Part shown: positions 1-17,020 of the stretch, piece after piece
How positions within the stretch are numbered: the stretch's first letter is position 1
How the letters are laid out: each line of letters opens with the position of its first letter
Notes under the pieces: model-generated
The model's input: the letters and a program-made list of their open reading frames with translations, nothing else
Told to the model about the DNA's origin: nothing
Database searches by the model: none
Program-made: the position numbers and the translations under genes
From: Podarcis muralis
Taxonomy: Eukaryota
Direction: 5' to 3'
Assembly (NCBI RefSeq): GCF_964188315.1
Contig: NC_135667.1
Coordinates: 21,142,001-21,206,000 of the forward strand
Length of the DNA stretch: 64,000 nt

Positions 1-333
1 TTGCGGATTGGAAGGTCGGCAGTTCAAATCCATGCAAACGGGTGAGCTTCTGTAGCTCTGTCCCAGCTCCTGCCAACCTAGCAGTTTGAAAGCACACCAG
101 TACAAGTAGATAAATAGGTACTGCTGTGGTGGGAAGGTAAACAGCATTTCTGTGCATTCTGGCACTTGTCATGGTGTCCCGTTGCACCAGAAGCAGTTTA
201 GTCATGCTGGCCACATGACCCAGAAAGCTGTGCACAAACACTGGCCCCTCAGCTGGAAGCGGGTTGAGTGCCACATCCCATAGTTGCCTTTGACTGGACT
301 TAACTGTCCAGGGGCCCTTTACCTTTTTACCTT
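1..333 (+). mobile_element. Sauria SINE (Squam1-type), 5' end cut by window edge
   Basis: Same body (cctgccaacctagcagtt...gtagataaataggta...gtcatgctggccacatgacc) and (ACCTTT)n tail as the fuller copies at 4547 and 7470; more diverged. Confidence 0.85.
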
Positions 334-989
334 CTCCTTGTTCCTGACACTACTCACTTGCCAAGAGGGGACAACTGAATGGGCAGCAATGGCAAGGAGA
401 AGCAGCACCAAGGCAAGGGGCTTCACACACATACACACGGCTCTGCTAGACCATTGATATTTTTGGGTGGGATTCAATCATATACCAACAAATACAGGTT
501 GCACCATTATAGTTAATTAGGCAGTCTTGAACAACAAAACCACTTATCCAAAGATCAGACTTTTGCAATATGAAAAGTAACACAGAAATCCACTTTTTGT
601 AATAAGAAAAATGATGGGAAGTGCAGAATAACACTTGGTTTGACACAGGATCGTCTAACCTCCCTGCAAACAAATCAGCACAAATGCTCAATAAACAGCT
701 CTTCTGGAAGTGTCCACCTACACACCAGCAGGGAATGTCAAGGAAGACTTGTCCGCTAGGGAGAAAGCTGAATAGTATTGTGCATGTTCAGGAGCGTTTG
801 TGGACATGGGAAACAATCCAAGAATCATGGCTTCTGTATTTTGTCTCTTTTCTATTAACTAGAACTAGATCTGTTCATCAAACAAGAAACCCCGTGAGTG
901 GAACTGATATTAAGAATCTGAAGCAAAGGTAGTAGATTCCATAGAATGGGAATAAAAGGAGACTCACCCAAAAAGAGAAGTCAGAGAGA

Positions 990-5728
<4,739 letters not shown>

Positions 5729-7469
5729 TTAAAGGAAAGTGGGCTGCTTGCACCCTTGGGCAGAGTGAGTCCCCCCCCCCGCCGCCATGCAAGGAAGGTG
5801 TACAATACATGAGTGGAATCTGAGCTTGAAATTCAACCAAACGTTACGCAACATCTGGCATTCGCTACCTTCCCCTTTGACTGGAGTTGGCAGGGATTTC
5901 TGAGGCTGGGCTGAATAATAGGATCAGATAACTGCAAGGAACTGGGATTTCACTGCGAAGGAACTGAAATATCTGCTGAAGAAAAGGGAAAGTCTCACCC
6001 CCATCCTCAACCTCATTTGCCACCTGCAAGCGAAGCAATTTGTCCTCTCTCTCTGCGTCCTTTCTCGAGGGTCAGGACGGACCAGGATTTTTAAAAACAG
6101 CCTCATTATCCCATCCCTTTCTACAAGTCCTTCTGTGTTCAGTCGGTCTTTCTGCCTGGGAAATGGGTCGACGAGGATTGAAGCCTTCATGCAGGAAAAT
6201 AAGACCCAGGCTCTCGCTCCCTCTCAGCCTTGAATACTAGTCGTCCACCAGGATATTGGACGGTCTTGTTCTGCCCTCATCATCCCAGGGACACCAGGAG
6301 TCCTGCTTGCCTTGTGCCCTGACAGCTCCTCGCTCCTCCACTGCCCGCAGTCCGGAGGCAGCTCAGCTTCCGCGGGTGTCGGTTACCTTGATCTTGATGC
6401 GCTGGTGATGGTTCGGCGGCTGGCGCTGATTTGGGAGCTGAAGCGCGCCGGAATCCGGTTTGTGGGGCGTGGACCAGCAATGGGCGGAGAAGATCTCCCG
6501 GGGTGAATTATTCCGGGGTGGGACAGTGGAGAGCTGGTAGCTTTGCCGAGGTGCCGCTGAGATCAAGGCAACCCTTCTGCTTCAGCAAAGCAGAGGGAAG
6601 GGTTTTCACTGTAAAACACTAAATATATATGGCAATCTTTGATGCTGGGAATTCCTACATCCCCACCCACCCCCCAAACAAAAACGAACCCAAAGCAGTG
6701 CTGGCATTCCGACCAAGGCTTAAGGGTTGCTTTCAAGCACGGTGGCTTAACGGAGTGCTGCCTCTTTAAGAGCTTCCCAGACCCCCAAGTGCCCTCTCTT
6801 CGCTTAGCCCCAGAGAGAATAGATCCCTCTTCCAGGTGTCTGTTCGGAAGGCTGCCAAGGAGCTTATGCAACAAGCCTGTTAAGTAACCTGCCCCTTCAG
6901 AGTCACCGTTCAACAGCCAACATAGTTTGGGTTGGACTTTCCTACTCATTTCTACAGGGAAAACACTCTGCACATGCTCAGGAGGTCAACTCTGCATGTT
7001 CTCACCTATCAGTGAGGACTGAAAATGGACTCAATTTAAGATCTGCGGTTAGACAGCAGTTTAAAATGGTTTCGAGGCCCCTCCGTGTGCACACTCTCTC
7101 AGCTCACCACCACCATGTTAAGTAAGCCCACTAATGATCTCTTGATACCAGGCTTCCCAAAACAATTTGGGTAGTTTTAATTTGAGCAATGGAAGAAGCC
7201 ATTATAATGTGTTGATCTGGCTAGAGAAGCAACTTGGGTGTGCTGCAGGGGTCCTGATATGTCTCTGAAGCTGCCATGCCTGCTTGACTTCCGGCTTGCT
7301 TCCCACCTGTTCAACTTGTATATTTCGAAGCACATAGATGTCACAAGTGAGCCATAAAGTCTCCATTAGCCTCCCATTTCTGGCTCTACAAAGGTGCCAT
7401 GGGCTTTGCTGGCACTTGGAGAGTTCGTACAATGTGCTATATGTTTAGTAGTGTGCACCTGTCTCACAC

Positions 7470-7816
7470 CACGGGTGGCGTTGTGGGTTAAACCACAGAG
7501 CCTAGGACTTGCCGATCAGAAGGTCGGCGGTTCAAATCCCAGCGACGGGGTGAGCTCCCATTGCTCGGTCCCTGCTCCTGCCAACCTAGCAGTTCAAAAG
7601 CACGTCAAAGTGCAAGTAGATAAATAGGTACCGCTCCGGCGGGAAGGTAAACGGTGTTTCCGTGCGCTGCTCTGGTTTGCCAGAAGCGGCTTAGTCATGC
7701 TGGCCACATGACCCGGAAGCTGTACGCCGGCTCCCTCGGCCAATAAAGCGAGATGAGTGCCGCAACCCCAGAGTTGGTCACGACTGGATCTAATGGTCAG
7801 GGGTCCCTTTACCTTT
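7470..7816 (+). mobile_element. Sauria SINE (Squam1-type), near full length with TSD
   Basis: Complete body; 13-bp direct repeat ACCTGTCTCACAC at 7457-7469 and 7817-7829. Confidence 0.95.
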
Positions 7817-10184
7817 ACCTGTCTCACACAGGTAAAAAAAAGAGGCATTTCAATGCATAGCTGTCAATTTCCCCCTTTTCTTGCAAGGAATCCTATTCAG
7901 AATAAGGGAATTTCCCTTTAAAAAGAGGAAATGTTGACAGCTATGTTTCAATGCACATCTTTAAGCATGCTTTGCATAGTGCAAACATGGCAGACTGCAC
8001 TCATATGATTGGCTCTGGTTCTCTATGGTATACACCCATATTTGGCTTAACAATCATGGGCCACCCAGTTGGGTCAAGGTTGAGTAAATATTAAAAATGC
8101 TTGTTTTATGATGTTATAACTTATTTCATGTTTATAGTTGTATATAAATGTTTCAGATGTGTTTATAGGGATGGGAGGAAGAATAACATATTTGTTCCTT
8201 TGCTCAAGGTGGTTGGTGGAAGGGGTTGAGAAACCTCTGGCTTAAAAAGGCTGTAGCTGAGAATTTTCCAGAAGCTTCCTACCAATCCAAATAGAGCTGG
8301 CCAGCCTACCATTAGGCAGAGTGAGATGGTCACCTCAGAAAGCTGGTTTTGCTTGTCATCAAAGGGCAGCAAACATCAAGTGCTCAAAAGGCAAACATTT
8401 AATTTTTTTACAGAAAATAGGTCTGCCAAGTACAATCTCAGGGGCGTAGAGGGTGGTAGTTGAATGTATCTGAAACAATAGAAAAAAGTTTCCCTCAGAG
8501 CAGCACCATAGAAACGCTTACATCAATGATATTTTGAGGAATTGGCAAGAGTTAGGCTCTTGGCTGTTGGGTTCTGAAACCCAAGAGAGCTGGCTGTGAG
8601 CCTAAGTGGACCAAGGAGTCTAGGAGTTAAGTTGTGAAACAGCAAACAAAGACCAGAGGAACCAGAAGAAGATGCTGCTTCAAAAGTTAGGAGTAAAAAT
8701 CCCTGTTTAGGGCATTGCGATTTTGTGTGAGAGCGTGATCTCGCATGTTTTGCCCCAAAACGTGTGTTTTTGAGCTCTGTGATATTGCGCAGGTCACATG
8801 ACTTGCTTGGGAGCACGGCTGGGAAGATGGACATCCCAGCTTCTGGCAACAACATGTACATTAAAATTAAAGCAGTATCATACCACTTTGAACAGTCGTT
8901 GCTTCCCTCAAAGAATCCTGGGAACTGTAGTTTGTTAAAGGTACAGAAAGTTTTTAGGACACCCTTATTCCCCTCACAATTCTTAGTGCGGTTTAACAAT
9001 TATTCCCTCTTTGGGGACTTCTGGGGATTTTAGCTCTGTGAGGGGAATAAGGGTCCCCTAACAACGCTCAACACTCTACAATTGCCATGATTCTTTGGGG
9101 AGGGGGAGCCATGACTCTTTAAAGTGGTTTGATAACTGCTTTAAATGTATAGTACAGATGGGGTCCAAGTCAACAATCAAAAATAGGTAGCCAGTGTGTA
9201 TTCATACCAGCAATAAGTTGCTCAGAGTGAGACATTAACTCTGAGGCCTCAATCATCAGAGCGCAGTGGGCCTCATGGAACACATTGTGAAATAAGCAAA
9301 GTAAATGCACATTACTACACAACAATAAGATCCATGATAAAAGACCATAGGTCCAGAGTCTATGGCTACCTACACATTAGTAGCTCAAAATGAAGCAAGA
9401 ATGGTTTCCCCATACTGTGTTTCAAGTCACATTTTCATATTGCAGGAATGCCTTCACCTGATGTTCATTACCTGTATGGTTCCCTCACACCTGCAACCCC
9501 CGTCAACTCCTATTCATGAAGCTGCCATCTGCACATGCGCAATGGCTGTCTCAAATGACGTACATGCCTCAGTTTAACTGCTAAATGAATACGGCTTACG
9601 TTGTTGAATTGGATGTAAGCCGGTTTGAGGGGGAAACGCATCAAATAGCATTTCTCAATAAGCTGCAGGATATGTCTGGGCTGTGTCAAATGCCCTATGT
9701 ACACACAGAGCCGTCTTTCCCATAGGGCTTAGTGGTGCATCGTGCCAGGGCACTGGCCTCTCAGGGGCGTCCCGGTGAGTGGGGGAGCTGCATGGCTTTG
9801 CCAGCGACCTCCCCTTTCCCTGCATGCCCACCAGCTGCGCCCCACCAACCATATGGCTGGCAGGTGCACAGCTTCCCTCCCAAGCCTCTGCAGGGATCAC
9901 TCTTCTCCTGAGGAGGCTTGGGAGGGAAGCTGCGTACCTGCCAGCTATATGGTTGGCAGGGTGCAGCTTTCCTCCCAAGCCTCTGTGGGGATTGCTCTCC
10001 CGCAGTGGAATGGGGGAGAGTTGCATACCTCCAATGGCTGGCAGTGCGCAGCTCTCCCCACCCCCATCCATGGTAATTTGGGGCCACTGGGCAGATATTT
10101 GCACCCCAGCACCGCATCTGCTAAAGACAGCCCTGTGTACACAGCTTCAAACACCAGGTGTGGGGGTGTGCCCGAGTCAGTGTA

Positions 10185-10391
10185 CAGTGGTACCTCAGGT
10201 TACAGACGCTTCAGGTTACAGACTCCGCTAACCCAGAAATAGTACCTTGGGCTAAGAACTTTAGGATGAGAACAGAAATCACACGGCAGCGGGAGGCCCC
10301 ATTAGCTAAAGTGGTACCTCAGGTTAAGAACAGTTTCAGGTTGAGAACAGACCTCCGGAACGAATTAAGTTCTTAACCCGAGGTACCACTG
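10185..10391. mobile_element. Tc1/mariner (Tigger-like) MITE
   Basis: TA-CAGTGGTACCTC...GAGGTACCACTG-TA termini. Confidence 0.88.
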
Positions 10392-10429
10392 TAATGGGAA
10401 TGTAGAATCCGAGTAAAACCTGAGACCCT

Positions 10430-10550
10430 TCATCTCTCAATCTCAAGGTCGTGGGTTCCAGCTCCACATTGGGCAAAAGATTCCTGCATCGCAGGGGTTC
10501 AACCACCTGACTCTCGTGGTTCCTTCCAACTCCACAATTCTATGATTCTC
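10430..10550 (+). mobile_element. tRNA-derived SINE fragment (Squam3-like) with CR1-type tail
   Basis: B-box-like gtcgtgggttccagctccac followed by gggcaaaagattcctgcat...ccttccaactccacaattctatgattc. Confidence 0.7.
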
Positions 10551-11189
10551 GTGTCTCAGGGATAAATATATTGACTAATTTTAAGATTTATTTAACTTAA
10601 TTTCTGGTTGGTAGTCAAAATAGTGTGGATTAGATATTGAGCAAGTTCTGCTGTCCATTGGGATGAAGAATGGTGGATCTGACATCCTCGACTGTTTTCC
10701 TGAATGTGCTTGTGTTTGCTTTAACAGGCAGTGTCACAGGGCTCCCACAGCTGTGCTTGTGGCTACTGCCTAGTTCTCTGTGGTAACGAGACAGACGTGG
10801 CCCTAGCATGAGTGTATTGGCTACCCCTGTGTCCTTGTTGCACATTGGCCTTGTCACCAATGCAGTTCCCTGATTGGGAGGCTGTAATTAACTTTGCTGT
10901 GAATCTCGTCCTTTACTTTTGCTGACAAAAAAATATGAACTGTCATCTCTGGTCATCAGTAGATTGGGCTGGAGGGAGCCACAAACTGCCCCCTCTTTGC
11001 ATGAAAAGTGTTTTGATCTTCCATGATTCAGTAGCCAGCAGTTATGTGTGGTTGAGCCCTATCTTTACTTCTCAGTCATTCACCTTAACCTGAGGCCTTC
11101 ATTCCACGAGCCAAAAAACAGCACACACTGGAGTTCAGGGACTTTTAGACTGTTGAACTCTTGCCTCAAAATTCCTTCTGAATTAGTAA

Positions 11190-12440
11190 GTAAGTAGTAA
11201 GTAAATTTTTATTTATACCCTGCCCTCCCCGACCAAGACCGGGCTAAAGGTGGCTAACATCAAATATCAAATACATTAAAACACAATCAAATGATTAAAG
11301 TACAGCTTAAATATTAGAATCAGGATAAAATTAAATGACTGCCCACGAATTACAGTGGTGCCTCGCAAGACGGAAAACCTGCTAGACGAAAGGGTTTTCC
11401 GTTTTTGAGCTGCTTCGCAAGACGATTTCCCCTATGGGCTTGCTTCGCAAGACGAAAACGTCTTGCAAGTCTTGCGATTTTTTTTCGCTCCCCCCCCCTT
11501 TTGCTAAGCCGCTAATAGCCTTTTAGCCGCTAAGCCGCTAAGCCTTTAATAGCCGCTAAGCCGCTAAGCCGCTAAACCGCTAATAGCGCTAATCCGCTAA
11601 GCCGCTAACAGGGTTGCTTCGTAAGACGAAAAAACCGCTAGACGAAGAGACTTGTGGAACGGATTAATTTCGTCTTGCGAGGCACCACTGTACAACCATA
11701 GGGGTCGGAAACCTCAAGTATTCATCAGGGCCAGCTATCCATGTTGGACCCACATGAGCCAATAAAAGGGCCTGGACCTGAACCAAAGGCCAGACGGAAC
11801 AGCTCTGTCTTGCAGGCCCTGCGGAAGGATGTCAAGTACCGCAGGGCCCTGGTCTCCTGTGACAGAGTGTTCCACCAGACTGGGGCCAAAGCCGAAAAGG
11901 CCTTTACCCTGGTTGAGGCCAGTTTAACCTCCTTGAGGTCCGGGACCTCCAAGATATTATTATTTGTGGACCATAAGGTCCTCCGCGGGGCATACCAGGA
12001 GAGGCAGTCCCGTAAGTACAAGGGTCCTAGGCTGTATAGGGCTTTAAAGGTTAAAACCAGGACCTTAAACCTGACCCTGTACTCCACCGGGAGCCAGTGC
12101 AGCTGGCATAGCACTGGATGAATGTGGTCCTGCGGCAAGAACCCTGTAAGCACCCTCACAGCGACATTCTGTACCCACTGGAGTTTCTGGGTCAGCTTCA
12201 AGAGTAGTCCCGCATAGAGCAAGTTACAATAATTGAGCCTGGAGGTGACTGTCCCATGGATCACAGTGGTTAGATCAGGGTGAGAAAGGTAAGGGACCAG
12301 CTGCTTAGCACGGTAAAGGTGGGAAAATGTCACCTTTGCATTAGCTGCAACCTGTGCCTCCATAGAGGGGGATGTGTCGAAGGTTACACCCAAACTCCTG
12401 ATGGAAGGCACTGGCACTAATTGAGCACTCACAAGAGATG
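11190..12440 (-). mobile_element. 5'-truncated L2-clade LINE, interrupted by a MITE
   Basis: ORF 11725-12432 has the L2/CR1 ORF2 C-terminal signature (VTSRLNYCNLLYAGL..KLQWVQN.A.R.L.G..DHI.PVL..LHWLPV..R..FK.L.L.FKAL); 3' UTR and AT-rich tail at ~11190-11350; boundaries approximate. Confidence 0.85.
11353..11690. mobile_element. Tigger-like MITE with internal (TAAGCCGC)n repeats
   Basis: TIR CAGTGGTGCCTCGCAAGACG / CGTCTTGCGAGGCACCACTG with TA TSD; same family as 23372-23712. Confidence 0.92.
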
Positions 12441-14349
12441 GGAGTTGACCCCCATATATATCTTTGTTTGATGCAGGAATTAAAGAAAGTTCACATTCAC
12501 TTCTGCAAGGACTGCTAGAATAATCTCTTTAGCAGCTTCTTCAGCTAAGGGGACATTTGATTGAATAGAAAATACTTTGCATGCTTTTTTGAAACGTGTT
12601 GGGGTTTTTTTGCACTTTCCAAAACAATATGCTATCTGAAACACAACCATCCTTCAAAATGCGCTTCTCCGAAATTTGCAGCACCGTTCTCCAGCAATGC
12701 AATTTGTTCAAAAATGCATACGTGAAAGTAAACTCCACACATCATTGTGTATATTAGTGAAAATAGCATTCCAAAGGACATTTTATTAGGAAAAACTGTC
12801 AAAGGTGTGCACATTGGGCAAAACCGTATATTAGAAGAAATTCACACGAAGATGCTGACGAATTTTACTGAAGACTCTTTTAAAAAATTGCACAGTAGCG
12901 TGGAAATGTGAATAATTTAAGATCTGAAAAATGTGAAACTGAGAGGAACCCAAACTGACAGATTTGCCTACCCCTAGTCGTAGGCGTGGGCCTGCCCAGC
13001 TGCAGCCCAGAATTCCACCTCTGGCACCTGTGCTATGTTTGTTCTTGTTTCTACTGACAGGAAAAAAATGTCTTGGCTGGTATTATAGTTTTACATTCTC
13101 CTATTCTGACCAGGCGAGTAAAAATGTCTGAGTTTGGGAAGCAGCGGGGCCTTCTCGGTTGTGACACAGCTGCTGTGGAATGCCATCCCCTGAGAAGACT
13201 GCCCAAGTCAAAGCCAGCAAATGCTAGGTCCGCATGCACAGACAAATAAAACATCCTTATTCCCAACAGACATTTTTAGGCCAAGGATTTGGGTGTAGAT
13301 CTCTGTGTTCAGTTTGGCTTTTATTGTGTGGAATGTTCCTCACAGTGAGCTTTGTGTCATTTTACCTGATGTTTGGCTGCATTTTTATGGTTGTTTTGAC
13401 AGCTGCTCGGCCTTTCATTTGGAAGGAAGGGCTGGGAAGATATTTCAAAACTAAATACATTAAAACATATTTGTTCTAGACTCGAAGGAAGTCTAAAATT
13501 ATGTGGAGAAAAGGGTTTTGAAGACATTGGCTCCCCCTTGTGGCCCAGAATTTGACAACTGTGAGCAGCAGAGGCAGGCATGTGTTTGAAAAGCTAAATA
13601 AACATGTTATTGTTATAAATAATATCTATATTATTATTAATTTTTATTATATTTACATTATACTATTAATTAATATTCATAATATTTGATGTCATATTGT
13701 GTTTTCATTTGTTAGAAGCCGCTCAGAGAGTGTCTGGGCTAACCCAGACAGATGGGTGGCATATAAATAAATTGTTGTTGTTGTTGTTGTTGCAGCTGCG
13801 ATCCTAAGCACCTATACCCACAAGAAAATGCTATTGCAATAAACAGGTTTATTTATCTATTGCAATAGATAAGGTTTATTTATTTATTGCAATAAACAGG
13901 TTTATCTAATTAAAAATGGATATGGGTTAGGAATATTAGACTTGGAGGAGTCACTTCTGAATGTTGTTGATACATAATACAAAGTTGCCAAAAGTTATTT
14001 GTAAGTCCTCTAGTTCTGGTCCCTAGTGAGGAAACACAAAAGGTCTGGAGGGTGGCAACATTAGACATGGGCCTTTTCCGCAGTGGCTGCCCATTTATGG
14101 AACTCTCCCCAGGAAGGTTCACTTGGCACCTTCATTATGCTGTACAGCTTTAGGCACCAGGCAAAAACAATCCTTTTTAAGCACGTTCCTATTGACCGTA
14201 CATGTTTCTTTGATAGATTTAGTGTTTTTAGGATTTTGTGAGCTGCTTATGATTTGTGGTTTCAATTGTTGTAGAAGGCTTTTTGAATACTATAATAGGA
14301 AAGCATGTCATAAATGAAACTTTATAAGTTTATTATTAAGATTGTTTAC

Positions 14350-14900
14350 TGATCTTCATTTGAGGGGCGGATGGGGCTCGCTAACCTGGGAAGGTAGCCC
14401 ATCTAGGAGGACAACTCAGACCATAAACCTCTGATGCCTTGCGGGATATCGTTGGGAGAAGAAAAGGCTAAGGAGTGGACCCTACACAAATCTGGAGTAG
14501 AGTCCCACGAGGGTAGGATGGCAGCTTGTACGCCTCCTTCCGGCAACTCCTGCAGCCAAGCTGGTGCCAAACATATTGCTCTGCTTTCCTTTGGAGCACA
14601 TCAGCAAGGCCGAGAGATGGATCTTGTCATCTGGGCAGCCCAGGACCTCCATACACACTGCCCAGGCTTGTGCCCCAGGGGTTCACTTCAGTGCTACCAC
14701 CCTGGTTTGACTTCACCCCTAGAGGGGCGCTCCATTGTCTTTTGAGACAGACACATGCCAACAACTACCCAAGTGGAGGGCCAGGAGCATGGGCTAGGCC
14801 AGAGGGTCACTTGTTTGGGCCATAAGCCGATGGCCTCCAGTTCCTGGAGTTAGGAACAGTTACACCTAATATGGCCAATCACTTGAAATTTGTCACTTAA
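14350..14900 (+). mobile_element. Probable RTE-clade LINE 5' fragment
   Basis: gctaacctgggaaggtagcccatctagga...aactc...ataaacctc resembles RTE 5' regions; recognised from memory, no intact ORF. Confidence 0.4.
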
Positions 14901-17020
14901 GTGTTGAGGCCCAATAGGAACCTCAAGTGTTTTTGCCCTGGCTGGAAGGTTTCCTTGAACTCTGATAATGCTCCTTGCTTCCCTGGATTGAAGATAGAGA
15001 GGGGAGTGCCAGTGCAGAAACGAGCAGACCATACGAAGACAGAATTCACATTTATTGCTCTTCGCACTTTTAACTCTGGCCCACCCCCGCCAGCACGCAG
15101 TCCTCTAGCTGAAAGATTTCCCTACCTGCTGCTCAGAGTCCTATTAGAGATTTTTATAAGAAATCTTGTGCTAACTGTAAGTCTGGATTCTGAGGCGGGG
15201 AAAAACCTGGTGCTACTTCCCTCCTCCACAAGACAGAAAATTGCACACAAGAAGCCGTTTGTAGAAACCATTTATTTTTAAGTTATTTCCAAAAATGAGT
15301 TCGTTCTTGCTTCTTTAGGAGGTTCAGAGCCTCAAATGTGGATCCAAAAGAGGAAAAGAAGAAATGCAGCTAAAGTTTTTTTTGTGGGGGTGGGTGGGAG
15401 GGGTGCGCCGGGGCAGGAATACACTCTCCTCTTTCCTTCACCAAGGGTCAACAAAGAGAGAACCTGAAGCCTATAATGGGACACGGGCCTTCTCCTAGAT
15501 TCCAACCGTTGTGGGGTTATTTGTGAGGCAAAGCCAAGTTCAAGCTCAAAATGTCCCTCCCTGCTCAGAAAAGGCAGCAGGCCTAGGCACACCCCAATTC
15601 CTCCCTGTTCATCTACAAAGATCTGCTTTCTTAGGCTGCAATCCCAAATGCACTTACTGAGGAGTAAAAGCCCTATTTAACATAGATCAGGATGCCTTTG
15701 TCTTCCTCTCCAGCATTTAACCCAGGGTGGTTGTACTGATTTTCTGCTGAAACCTCTTAAAAACAGCCACTTATATAAGGCTGTAAAATAGCCCCCGTCC
15801 CCTAAGAAGGAAACCTTGCCCCCTTGATTTCCAAGAAGGGAAGGAGGAAATAGAAGTGCCTTTCAAAAAGTGCTCTGGAGGGGAAAAGTTACACAGCCAG
15901 CCCTGCTGTTAGGCAGCATGAAACAACTGCCTCAGGTGGCAGATAAAGAGGGGTGGGGAGCAGGCAGCGCTGTGTGCCACACACCCAAGCTAATCTGCTG
16001 CCCTCAGGTATGCAGGATGCTGTCCTGTTGCCAGTGCTGGAGCAAGATGCAACCTCCAGCCTAACTGGCATGGGAGGCGGCGACTTTGTCCCTTGCCTTG
16101 GGCAGCAAAGTGTCTTGGGCCAGCCCTGGAAAAGTACCGCTGATGACAAGGAAGGATCACTCCTGCTTCAGGCTCTTTTAAAAATCAGATTTATTAGTCG
16201 GAATCTTTCCATAAGGGAGGGGAAGTAGGAAGGAAAGAGAAACTGTTATTGGGAATTTGCCAGATTTCATCCAGAACCAGGCTCTGTGGGGGAATCAGGG
16301 AAGGTGCTGTTTTCCCTAGTGCTGCAACCAGAGAAGCAGAGCTTGCCCAAATTCTCTCCCTTTTGCACATGGAACGCTCGGAAAGCAAAGGCGCCTTGTG
16401 CCACGCAGACACCAAGCCGTCCTTTGGCTCCACAGCATACAAAGTCACCCTTCACAGTCCTCTCATGGTGTGGACCCACTGATTCAACTCACTGTGTGTG
16501 GCAAAGCAGTCAAACAGGAGGGCAGAACTAGCTGGGAGAGGCGGGGAGGAAGGCTTCTGTCACATGATTCAGGAAATGGACAGTAGTGTTCTAGCTGCTG
16601 CAGGTAGCAAGGGAGACTCCCCCCCCCAACCTCCCCACAGATTTTAAGTGCTCCCTGTAAATGCTACATGGGGGCAAAATCTAGAGTTAGTGCAGCGGGG
16701 CTGAACCTGGCCACACAAGTGTCCCAAACAGTTGCCCCAAATTTTGGGCGACAGGAAAGTAGCACATGATCAGAGATGGGTGTGTGGGCGTCCCTGTCCC
16801 AGAATCCTTTGCAACGTGATCCAACAAGGCTGGCTGTCCACTGCTGTACCACAAGGAGCTCTGAGGCACTTGTGTCTCTGACCAGGTGGGGCAGTCACAC
16901 CGAGCGGCAACCTTTCTCCGTTCTGCTCTGCGTGGAAAGGACTCGGGCGGCCAGATTCTGTGCGCATTGTCCGACTCACCCATCCAAAGGTTCCTCCCCT
17001 ACCCACCTAGCATCCAAATT

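Noticed and set aside
11510-11610. Regular TAAGCCGC repeats suggestive of a CRISPR-like or novel array
   Set aside because: Simple tandem 8-mer inside a TIR-bounded MITE, with no spacers; the DNA is eukaryotic.
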